Part shown: positions 47,417-59,400 of the stretch, in pieces | Layout of the letters: each line of letters opens with the position of its first letter | How positions within the stretch are numbered: the stretch's first letter is position 1 | From: Piromyces finnis finn | Taxonomy: Eukaryota > Fungi > Neocallimastigomycota | Assembly (NCBI GenBank): GCA_002104945.1 | Contig: MCFH01000003.1 | Location: 62,001-126,000, forward strand | Direction: 5' to 3' | Length of the DNA stretch: 64,000 bases | The notes under the pieces: generated by a model | What the model was told of the DNA's origin: nothing | What the model saw: the letters and a program-made list of their open reading frames with translations, nothing else | Databases searched by the model: none | Translations under genes and position numbers: made by a program

Positions 47417-48302
47417 CTTGAGTTTTAACGAAGGGCATTCTGTTAAGGAATGAACATAAATAGTTGAATTAGCTAGAATTTTAGGAATTAACCTTCAACT
47501 ATTTATATTCCTTACTAGTGTTTAACTCTATTTTTAAAATATAAAAATTATAATATATAATTTTTATACATTTTTCTAGTAATTATTCATATTTTTATTA
47601 TATAGTTATATTATTTGTATATAGTTATTTAAGACCTTTATTATTAGTATTAGTATAATTACTTATAATATTTTATACTTATAAATTTTACAAAATTTTA
47701 TTATTAAAATAGTTATAGGAATTTTATTATTATTTAAGGTTTATTTTATTAATTAACTTTATTGTATAATATTTTATAATTTGAAATTATGACATAGAAT
47801 TTAATTATAATTTTTACTAAAAGAGGCAACTGTTACACACAAAACAGAAGATACCTCGACAGAAAAATTATTATTTATGTCTAAAAAAGGGCATAATTAA
47901 TTGAATAATATAATTTTATTATATGTCATAATTAAATATATAATATATGATATGCAAAAATGTTACACATATCATAAATTAAAATTTTATTAATTATAAA
48001 TTAAAAATTTTTCTATTCAAATATTAAGAGATTATTCATAATATATATTAAGGATTTAATTAATATATGTTACAGTGAATGATCCATATATTATGAATGA
48101 AATCAATTTAAATCCTTAGCTATCCAAAACCATTAAATTTCAAATAATGGATAGTTGGAAAAAGTACGAGGATTTTTGAGAAAATTTTTAAAAATTGAAA
48201 AATCAAAAATAAATTAAATGAATAAAAATTAAAATTAAATAAATTTTTATTTTTATAACTATTCAAGTGTTTTGTGATATCTTATTTGAACCGTAGCATT
48301 TT

Positions 48303-48934
48303 TGATAAATAATAATTATAAATATATTATAAATTTGATATTTGTAGAACGTTTTATTATAAAAATAATTATTAAATAATTTTATATAGTTTAGCATAAA
48401 AATATAATTTACATAAAATCAAATATTTTATAAATTTATATATTTGATTGGGTTAAATTATAAAAATAATTTTTAATATAAAGAATAATAATAATTTTTA
48501 GTAGAAAATGGGAAGACTTAACATATTAATAAGAAGTTGAATTTTTAATAATAGTTAATATAGTTAGTTAAATAATACATAATAATAATTAAAAGACAAA
48601 AATAAGTTTTTATATAATAAAAATTATTGTTAAAAAAGAGTATAAAAACAATAAATAAAAGAAAATATAAAAACGAAATTAAACTTGTCTAGTTTGTAAT
48701 TATTGTGTTAATAATAAATAATATTTTATAGAATAAATCTGGTGTTATTATTCTATATAAATATTATTAAATAATAAAACTATAAATATTATAAAATATT
48801 ATAAAATAAATTAAAATAAATAATAAAACAAGTAGATATTGTTAAAGCTCGTACAATAGCTGTCGAGATAAAACAATATAAAGTAACGAATAAGTAGTTT
48901 AAAAAGTTGTAATATAACTACCAATCCGTTATCA
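48303..48934. repeat. Intact D-family solo LTR (632 bp)
   Basis: TGATAA...TTATCA termini; T-tract on both sides; homologous to D1 and D2. Confidence 0.88.
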
Positions 48935-48940
48935 TTTTTG

Positions 48941-50544
48941 TGTAATAATTATTTGTAAAATATTCTAAACTAAGTTCAGGTTTGTATACACTCAATATTC
49001 TAAACTACACTTTAAATTATTTTTAATTTTTTATATTTTATTTATTAAATTATTTTAAAATAACTAAACTAAAACAACCGTTGATTACTTTACCGTGAAG
49101 GATATTTTACCAGAGCCCTCACTAGGTAATCAATATTTATTATTAAAAAAAAAAAAAAACAACTAAACTAATTATAAACTAATGTTAATTTATCTAAACA
49201 AAATTAACCTATACGATTTTCCAACTATCGTTTCAATAGTTGAAAAATTTTCTTTATTTATACTTTTTAAATAAATTGAATAAATTCTAATATACATGTT
49301 TTAATATTATAATTTTACATTGTTTACATTTATACATTTATTAAAAGAAATTATTTGTATTAAACTATTTAAATTCAATTTATTTACTACAGAATTTTCT
49401 AAACTTAAAATAAAGTTTTGATTTATTTACTATATGGTTGATTATATTTCAAACATATATTCAATTTATTTATTTCTAATTTTGAGGCTTAGTTTATAAA
49501 AAAAATTTTTTATTATCTAAAATATTTATTGGTTAAAATTTATTTAATTTAAAATTTTATTTTATCATCAAAAACTTTATCTTATCATAAAATTAAATTT
49601 TACATAAATTTATGTTAATGTATTGTGATATGAATTTTATGGAAATTTACGGTACATTAATTTAATACATTATACATTATTTTAAATACGTATTAAATAC
49701 ATTATTCTATTAATACAATATTTTACATTATTATTATATATATTATATAATAATAATTATTATCTTCAATTTAATAATAATTAGTATTATTAAACTGAGA
49801 AGTTAAAATAAAATTTTATACTTATCTTAATAAGAGTTTATTATAAGGAAGTATAATAAACAACACAAAACTTTTAATGTTAATTAATTTAAAATATTTT
49901 ATTAATATTGTTTTAATAAAGGTTATTTATTATAATAGTTCTTATAATAATAACTCTGGATTTTTAAGTGGTATTCCAGAGTTCTTTTATTTATAATTTT
50001 TTAATAATTTAAAGTTTAATAAAAAATTTCTAATCTTAACAAATAATCTTTTTAGGAAAAGACTAGAAGAAAAACCTAAAAAGATATTCGATTGATAACT
50101 AATATATCAATCATCGTAATATTAAGTAAAACCGAATAAAATTCGGAAAAACCTTAATATCCGATTGTCCTAATATTTATTTATATCTTCTAGTTGTTTC
50201 TATAAGTTATTTCAAGATACGATACATAAATATAAAATACAAACGTAAAATAAAATACATAATGTTTCTTATAAAATGTAATACAAAAATTATTAAATAA
50301 TAGAATAAATGAATGTTTACTATTATTTTAGATAAATTACTAAATTAAATAAATAATTAATTAATATAATAATTAAATAAATTTTACATTTAGTAAATGA
50401 ATAATTAATATTAATATAAATAACTGTTTATAGTAATTTAAATGAATGTATGCTAATAATTTAAATAATTAATTAATTTAATAATTAAAAAAATAATTAA
50501 ATAAGAATTAATAATTATTCAATAAATAATTATTAATTCTTACA
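48941..50544 (-). repeat. B-family solo LTR E (inverted relative to B), split by I3
   Basis: 48941-48953 plus 49733-50544 equals the reverse complement of the B LTR; TSD TTTTG. Confidence 0.9.
48954..49727. repeat. I-family solo LTR I3 (774 bp)
   Basis: 11-bp perfect terminal inverted repeat TGTAAAATATT/AATATTTTACA; TSD TTATT. Confidence 0.9.
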
Positions 50545-51314
50545 TTTTGATACAAGATGCATAGAAAAATATAATATTTTAAATATTTTATGAATAATAT
50601 CTAATCCTTTTATAAATTGTATATCAATTACTAATGATAATAATAATTAAACTATATTAGTATAAATTATTATGACGCAAATGTTACACATACATTAGAA
50701 TAATTAGTTACACAAGAAAGGAAAAGATATAAAAGAGAGTGTTAAAGCAGAAGATATCAAGAGAGAGAACTTTTCATTTATAAATAATATTTGATATTTT
50801 AGTTTTAAGTATTAGTTTTATTTTATTTTATTTTTATATTAATAGTTTTCGTTTAAGTTAGTTTTAGGTTAATAATTACGTATTTAGTATTTATTATATT
50901 TCCTTCAGTTTAAATATTAGTTATAAAAGAAAAGAATATTTATTGTTTATTTTTACTATTTCAGAAAAGTTATATTTTATCATTAATAATACTTTCATCA
51001 ACATATTTTTATATTTACACATTATATTTAACTATTTATATTTATTCAATAATAACTTTCGATCCTATTAGTATTGAATGTTATTAATGTTATAATCATA
51101 ATAATAATAATAATTAAATAAAGAATCTTTAAACCAAAATCTATTTAATTATATTATTATAAAATTTATTATTTTTATTATTTATTTTTATTATTATAAA
51201 ATAGAAATAAATACAATATTAACTAATATATTATTCATATATCATTCCCTATTGCTAACGTTCATAATTATATTTTATTTATGGTGTTTTTGAAATATAT
51301 TGCATCATAAAATT

Positions 51315-51331
51315 TGGTGGAGAATCCGGGC
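51315..51331 (+). other. PBS of F, probably for another tRNA-Ala isoacceptor
   Basis: TGGTGGAGAATCCGGGC is complementary to ...GCCCGGATTCTCCA-CCA; 7-nt offset from the LTR as in C. Confidence 0.7.
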
Positions 51332-51566
51332 GTAGCAATATTGAATAATATGAAACATTAATAGTATTATTTCTATTCTAATTATATTTATTTTTTTTTA
51401 TTATTATTATTTTTAATTAAAATAAGTTCTTTTATATAAATAAAACTTTCTACTATAAAACTATTAAATATACACAAATATTATATATATATATATAAAA
51501 TTATTATAACAATAATATATAAGAAGTTATTATATAAATTTATTTTAAAATAAATAAATAATTAAA

Positions 51567-53024
51567 ATGGTTGACGCCACTAAAGTAAAAAGAGACCTTC
51601 CATACCTCTGCGATTATGGAAAGGATATTGATTCCTGGATGGAGGATTTTATAAGTGTCATGGAGATCCATGATATACAAGAGCCCTCTAGAATATTTGT
51701 GTGGTTAAAAGTTGCCGTTGAAGCAGATATCAAGAATGTTTTGAAATCTTTATGTACCTCTCATAATAATGTTAAAAGGTATCCTACTTATAAAGAGGTA
51801 CAATCTGCTATTGAAGATTATCTGGAAATAAAGCCAGGGGATAAATGTTCAGTATTAAAAACATTAAAAATTAAACAAAACGAAACTATAAAAAGCTTCA
51901 ACTATAAATACTTAACTCTTTACCACCGCTTGGAAAGAGATTTTATGAAAATTATTTCTGTGGATGACTATTTAAACTCTATTAAGAAAAGAGTTTATCC
52001 ACACTCCCAAGTTATATTAGCCGAATGTGAAACATTATCTGAAGCTTTTAAAGTTGCTGAAAAGGCTGAGAAAGCCGAAAGAAGAACCATAGAAAGTACT
52101 GAAACTAACAATATTTCTATGGTATACCAAAATACAAAAAATACTCGAAATGTTTTGTTAGACCATCCGTTATATAGAGGATTAGTAGATGATGATAATG
52201 TTAATATTAACCATAGCAATTTTAATAACTCTTATTCAAATTATGTACAAGAAAAGCCTATCGGAAGATCCTATCCAGGTATCCCAAGAAATTATGAAAA
52301 TGTGTATTTTAATAATAGTAACTTCCGGAGTATCAGATGTTACTATTGCAAGCAAATGGGACATAAAGCTAGTGAATGCCCAAATAAAAGAGAAAGAAAT
52401 AATTTCAATAATTTCAATAATTTTAATCAATTTAATAATCAAAGAAATTCTTATAACAGATATGGAAATTTATATAATAATAATGATAACAATAATTACA
52501 ACAATAATAGTTATTTAAATGGATTTAATACTAATACTAATAACAACAACCAAAAGGATAATAGAAACATTAATGAAAATAATTATATGGATTATCATCA
52601 TAAAAATAACTATAATAATATGAATAACAATTATTATATGTACACCAATAATGATTATAAGAAAGGTAATTTTAATCCAAATGGAAATTACAATTATAAT
52701 GAAAGTAATAATATTAATAGCTACAATAATTATAATAATACTATTGGATATAATGGATATAATAATAATGGTTTTAATAGTTATAATAAAAACAACACAA
52801 TGAATAATAATACATTTAATAACGTCAGTAATGTTAATAAGAATAATATGAGGAACAACATTAATGATAGTGATAACAGGAACAATATTAATAATAATTA
52901 CCCTAATCAATTAAATAATCAATATTATAATAATTATTATAATAAGACCTTACCAGAAAATAATTACAATAAAGCAACCAAAATAAATTTAAACAATCCA
53001 TCTGAATCAAATAATTTAAACTAG
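51567..53024 (+). CDS. gag: Gag of F with Asn-rich C-terminus
   Basis: Similar to C Gag (YP(T/S).K...LE, IK.NE..K.FN..Y..LY..L); CYYCKQMGHKASEC knuckle. Confidence 0.9.
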   Translation: MVDATKVKRDLPYLCDYGKDIDSWMEDFISVMEIHDIQEPSRIFVWLKVAVEADIKNVLKSLCTSHNNVKRYPTYKEVQSAIEDYLEIKPGDKCSVLKTLKIKQNETIKSFNYKYLTLYHRLERDFMKIISVDDYLNSIKKRVYPHSQVILAECETLSEAFKVAEKAEKAERRTIESTETNNISMVYQNTKNTRNVLLDHPLYRGLVDDDNVNINHSNFNNSYSNYVQEKPIGRSYPGIPRNYENVYFNNSNFRSIRCYYCKQMGHKASECPNKRERNNFNNFNNFNQFNNQRNSYNRYGNLYNNNDNNNYNNNSYLNGFNTNTNNNNQKDNRNINENNYMDYHHKNNYNNMNNNYYMYTNNDYKKGNFNPNGNYNYNESNNINSYNNYNNTIGYNGYNNNGFNSYNKNNTMNNNTFNNVSNVNKNNMRNNINDSDNRNNINNNYPNQLNNQYYNNYYNKTLPENNYNKATKINLNNPSESNNLN

Positions 53025-53272
53025 TTTATGGGAGAAGGACAACTCCCAGTAATCAAACCAAGTTTGGCAATTCTTTTGATTCAAATGATGAAATAAATGA
53101 AAATATTATGTATGTTCATAATAATAATAATGAACTAAATGGGAATAATTATTTCTATGATAGTCATAATGTTAATTTTAACAACAATCCTAATACTAAT
53201 TTTATTTATAATGATACTAATAATAATAATAATAACAATTCTTATGATATTAATAATAATAATAATAATGAA

Positions 53273-53336
<64 letters not shown>

Positions 53337-54940
53337 TAAATGAAAAATATGATAGCAGAAAAATCAATAATATAAAGGATATAATGGAAGAAAATATAAT
53401 TAAAAATAAGAAAGAAGAATGTTCATTATTTATAAATGATAATACAGCAAATAATAATAATATAAATAATGATTTATTTAATAATACTAATATTCCAGAT
53501 AATAAACTTGGAAAAAATTATGTTAATAATTATAATATTAATTATGATAAAAATAACAAACTGAATGATATGATATTAATTGGAAATTATAATGAAAATT
53601 GTAAAACAGATTTTGATTATATAAATAATGGAAATGATAATAATATAGAAAGTGATAATAATAGTGATATTTGTAAAGACAATAATAATGTTATGATAAA
53701 TATTAATGAGAATAACAACAAAAGAAATATGAATGATAATTATCTATATTCAAATACGAATAATAATAGAAATATGCTAAACAATTTTATTGAAGATTTT
53801 ATAACTAAAAGATTTGTATACATTGATGGAGTTCAATATTATAAACAAAATGATTTATTAAGAAAAGTTATTACAAATAGTGATGAAAAATGGAAACTAA
53901 TTAATGAAGCTCACTCTATTGGTCATGAAGGAACATACAAGACATATCACAGACTAAGAAGAGATTATTTTTGGAAAGGTATGACAAAGGATATTAAATT
54001 ATTTATTAAATGTTGTCATAAATGTCAAACACGTAAACCGCAACCAACTAATATGTATCCGGAAGATTTAGCAACTCCTCCTGGTTTACCATTTAGTAGA
54101 GTTGGTTTAGATTTAATAGGTCCGTTATATACCACTGCTAGAGGAAATAAATATATAATCGTATTGGTAGATTATTTAACCAAATGGGTGGAAGCAGAAC
54201 CTTTAATGAAAACGGAATCTGAGGATGTAATAAGATTCCTTACTAATGTATTTTCAAGACATGGTATACCAGAAGTATTAATTACAGATAATAGACCACA
54301 ATTCATATCTGATATAACAAAAGCTTTTCTAGATTTACATGATGTATATGTTCATTATATTAGTACCTATCATCCAGCCTCAAATGGAGAAGTTGAAAAT
54401 AGAAATAGAGAAATATCAAAATACTTACGATTATTAGGAAAGAAAAATAAAGATTGGGATGAAACACTACCTAGTGCATTATGGGCCCTTAGAACTGCAA
54501 AAAACGAAGTTACAAAATTTAGTAGTTTTGAACTCCTATACGGAAGAAGAGACCTCCAACCATTTGAACTTAGTATCAATGTTGATAAAAGGTTAAAAGA
54601 AGAAAATGAAGAAGAATATTATATTAGGAAATTTATAAATCATAACCAATGGATTAAAGAAGCAATAAATAATATTGAAACAGCTAATGAGCTATGGAAA
54701 GATAGAAGAAGACAAATCAAAAGACTACGTAGTGAATTTAAGCCTGGTGATTTAGTTCTAATTAGAAATTTTAATAGAAGAAAATTAGATCCTTATTATC
54801 TTGGACCTCTAAAAATTGTAAAACAACAACTTAATACTGTAACAGTATGCGATCCAATTACAAATGATATTGCAGAAAGAAATATTCATTTAAAGAATGT
54901 AATTCCCTATATTAGTAGTTTTATTGAAATGAAACATTAA
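53015..54940 (+). CDS. -1 frame ORF of F: poly-Asn linker plus complete integrase (ORF track 53108-54940)
   Basis: HSIGHEG...CHKC zinc finger, GLDLIGPL, LITDNRPQF, SNGEVENRN and PYYLGP align to the C integrase. Confidence 0.9.
53273..53335 (+). repeat. (AAT)n microsatellite encoding poly-Asn
   Basis: About 21 consecutive AAT units. Confidence 0.9.
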
Positions 54941-56433
54941 TGAAAAATACGACGACTTCAAGGGACGAAGTCTTATTTAAAGTGGGGGCCTCCTGATACA
55001 AGATGCATAGAAAAATATAATATTTTAAATATTTTATGAATAATATCTAATCCTTTTATAAATTGTATATCAATTACTAATGATAATAATAATTAAACTA
55101 TATTAGTATAAATTATTATGACGCAAATGTTACACATACATTAGAATAATTAGTTACACAAGAAAGGAAAAGATATAAAAGAGAGTGTTAAAGCAGAAGA
55201 TATCAAGAGAGAGAACTTTTCATTTATAAATAATATTTGATATTTTAGTTTTAAGTATTAGTTTTATTTTATTTTATTTTTATATTAATAGTTTTCGTTT
55301 AAGTTAGTTTTAGGTTAATAATTACGTATTTAGTATTTATTATATTTCCTTCAGTTTAAAATATTAGTTATAAAAGAAAAGAATATTTATTGTTTATTTT
55401 TACTATTTCAGAAAAGTTATATTTTATCATTAATAATACTTTCATCAACATATTTTTATATTTACACATTATATTTAACTATTTATATTTATTCAATAAT
55501 AACTTTCGATCCTATTAGTATTGAATGTTATTAATGTTATAATCATAATAATAATAATAATTAAATAAAGAATCTTTAAACCAAAATCTATTTAATTATA
55601 TTATTATAAAATTTATTATTTTTATTATTTATTTTTATTATTATAAAATAGAAATAAATACAATATTAACTAATATATTATTCATATATCATTCCCTATT
55701 GCTAACGTTCATAATTATATTTTATTTATGGTGTTTTTGAAATATATTGCATCATTTTTGGTAACGGATTGGTGTAAAATATTGTATTAGTTGTAAAGTC
55801 AGACACTAAACCGAATAGATTAGGATATCTAACCTATTACAATAACACAAAAATTTGAGAAATAAAATAAAAAATTGTTTTATAAAATATCTTTTATTAT
55901 AATAGAATTTTAATAATAACAATTACATCGATAAAATGATGAAAAATATCTTCTATTTATATTTTTCCTAAATACATTTATATTATATTATAACTATTTA
56001 TTTCTTATATATTATTATTTAAAATCTACACTAAAATCTTAATTATTAATAAATATTTAAACTATAACTATTTTTAGTAAAATACAATTGGCAATTCAAA
56101 TTAAGTACTATTTAATTTGAATATGTGCCCATGTATTATTGATATATTAATCATTTATTATTTATCTATTTCTATAAAAAAACAATACTAAAACTAGGGA
56201 TTTAAATTGAGAATATTAATTTACTTGTTAAACATTAAAAATAAATTAATAATTTATTTTGTTTTAAACTTTAATTATTAATAAATAAATTATGTCTCAT
56301 TTTCTTTTTCTGAATATAATTTGTGTAACTTAAACAATAATACTTGTGGCTTAAGTTACATTAAAGATATCAAACAGAGGCGTTTGATGTCTTTACAATC
56401 TCTCTCTCTAAGTCGAGCTCCTGCGAGATTAAT

Positions 56434-59400
56434 TTATAAGGAATCTTTTCTCGAAGGAATTTCAATTACAAATGGTTGGTATCTGTGCTTGATTAGATTA
56501 CCACCTTTATTCTTTCTTATTCTCATGGAGGAGTCATTCAACTTATGTTTTGACTTTTTAGAGTTTCTTTCGAACTCTTGTATTAATTGTTTGTCCGGGA
56601 TCTGATCTTCAGAAACCCAAGTGGATTTGTCAAATCCTTTCCACGATAACTTATAAAATGTCTCACCATTAACAGATTTCATCTTCTCAATTTTTTCTGG
56701 AATTTTTTCAATTAAATCTGTGCTAAGATGAATATTTCTTTTCCTACTATTAGACCTATCTATAAACTCGTTTTCAAAGTATGGTTCTAACAATGAGACA
56801 TGAAAGACTGGATGACATCTCATTGTCTTTGGGAGTTTCAATTTAAAAGCGAGAGAACTAACTTTTTCAATTATTTCAAATGGACCAAGCATTTGAGGTG
56901 CTAATTTCTTCTTCAAGTTAGTTCTCGGAGAATCTTTCAATAACCATACCTTCTTTCCCACTTCAAATTCCGGGGGACTCATTCTTTTCATATCGGCATA
57001 TTTCTTATATGTTTCTTTTGCTTTTTCTAAGTTTCCTTTTAATAATTTAAAGTTTTCACTCATATCAATTACTCTTTGTTCAGCTCTACTAGGTCTATCA
57101 TTAGCCGGGATTTCCAAGCTGAACTTTGGATGAAAACCATAATTAGCAAAGAATGGGGATTGATTTATAGATTGCTGTAAAGTATTATTATAAGCAAATT
57201 CAGCAAACGGGATAAGATCAACCCAGTTATTCTGCTTTTTATTGATAAAACAACGGAAATATTGTTCTAATATGCCGTTCACCCTCTCCGTTTGACCATC
57301 TGTCTGCGGATGGTTAGCAGTTGACAATGAATGATTGATATTAAGAAGGTCACAAAGTCTTGACCAGAAATCAGAAGTAAATTGCGAGCCTCTATCAGAA
57401 ATAATGGAATTAGGAAGACCATGCAAACGGAAGACATTGGCAATAAAAGCATCAGCAGCAATTGAAGCAGTAGGAAGACAACGTAAAGGAATGGCGTGAG
57501 CAAATTTAGTAAATCTATCGACAACAACCATAAGTGTAGTCATATCTCTGGACTTAGGAAGATCAACAATAAAGTCGATAGAGATATCAGACCAAGGCCT
57601 ACTAGGAGTGTCCAAAGGGGATAACAATCCATAAGGCTTATGTCTAGGGACTTTGGATTTGCAACAAGTCACGCAAGATTTAATAAAGGATTTAACATCT
57701 GAATGAAATCTTGGCCACCAAAAGTTTCTTGAAATAAGTTCGACAGTTTTCTTAATGCCGAAATGGCCAGCAGCAACAGAATCATGATGGAGTTCCAAAA
57801 CTCTAGTCCTAAGAGATTTAGGAACATAAATAAGATTATTAAATAACAAAAATCCTTCACCGTCAATAATAACTTTATCAATATTTTTAATAGGTGCATT
57901 ACTTGTAGAACCATTCATTTTAAATTGAACAATGGAATTATACAAATCGTCATTTTTAAGTTCTGATAAAATAGAATCTATTAAAGGTTTGTTATCACTA
58001 TGATGAAGCGAAATAGTAAGACAAGAAACATCAGAGTTAATAACATTCACTAAATGATCACTTCTACGAGACAGAATGTCAGGCTTACCAGATTTCTTAC
58101 CAGCTCTATAAATGAGTTTAAAGTCAAATCTGGATAAGAACAAATTCCATCTAATTTGTCTCTGAGATAACATTTCAGGTTTTCTAGGAAATGTTAAGTT
58201 CTTGTGATCGGTATAAATTATGAACTGATGGCGTGCACCCTCTAAGTAATGACGCCATTCTTCAAGTGCAACTATAATGGCTAACAGTTCCTTGTCATAT
58301 ATAGGATAGTTTCTTTGACAACTCGTCAAACTTTTAGAAAGAAATGCAATGGGATGTAATTTGCCGTCAAACTCTTGAGAGAGAATAGCACCGACAGCAT
58401 AATTACTAGCATCAGTTTCAACAATAAATTGTTTATTACTATCCGCATGTTTCAGAATAGGAGCTGACGTGAACAAAGTTTTTAATAAATTAAAAGCGTC
58501 CTGATCTTCTTTCACCCAGTTAAAAGCAACATTTTTTCTAGTGAGCTTGTGAAGAGGGTTTGCAATTTTAGCAAAGTCTTTAATAAAAATTCTGTAATAG
58601 TTACATAGACCAATAAAAGACTGAACCTCTTTAACATTCTTGGGAACCGGCCAATCGAGAATTGCTTTAACTTTATTTTCATCCATTTGCAACCCATCTT
58701 TTGAAATGACATAACCAAGAAAAGTGGTTTTCTTAACATCAAACTCACATTTTTCTAATTTAACATAAAGATTATTTTCGAGTAGTTTCTTAAGTACCTT
58801 TTTAACATGCTCGTGATGCTCTTCGATATTATTAGAATAAATAAGGATATCATCAATATATGAGATAACAAAATCATCTAAATAATCACTAAGAACATCG
58901 TTAATAAAGTGTTGAAAGGTTGCAGGTGCATTCTTTAATCCAAAAGGCATAACCAGATATTCAAAATGACCATACCTAGTACGAAAAGCCGTTTTGTATT
59001 CATCACCTTCTTTAATACGAACAAGATTATAAGCGGATTTAAGGTCTAGTTTGGTAAAAATCTTAGCATTTTTCACCCTATCCAAAAGGTCACTTATTAA
59101 AGGTAAAGGATATGAATTACGAATTGTAATATCATTCAACCTTCTATAATCAATACAAAGTCTTAAGGAACCGTCCTTCTTTTTAACAAACAAAATTGGG
59201 GCACCAGCAGGAGACGATGATTTCCTAATGAAACCTTTATTTAAATTTTCATCTATATACTTTTTAAGTTCCTCTCTTTCAACTTCAGTTAATGGATACA
59301 ATGGTCCATAAAATAAAGTTGAATCATCCTTAAGCTTGATTTCGCAATCATAAGGTCTATGAGGAGGTAACACTTCACAATTTTTTTCATTAAACACTTC

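Larger units (their letters stand above)
41268..48298 (+). mobile_element. Full-length Ty3/gypsy element C (tRNA-Ala primed, non-chromovirus)
   Basis: 858-bp LTRs at 41268-42125 and 47441-48298; T-tract TSD; PBS at 42133-42151; PPT GAAGGGC. Confidence 0.96.
50548..55754 (+). mobile_element. C-related non-autonomous gypsy element F encoding Gag and integrase only
   Basis: LTRs at 50548-51307 and 54994-55754; TSD TTTTT; PBS at 51315-51331; PPT AAAGTGGGGG; no PR, RT or RH motifs. Confidence 0.93.
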
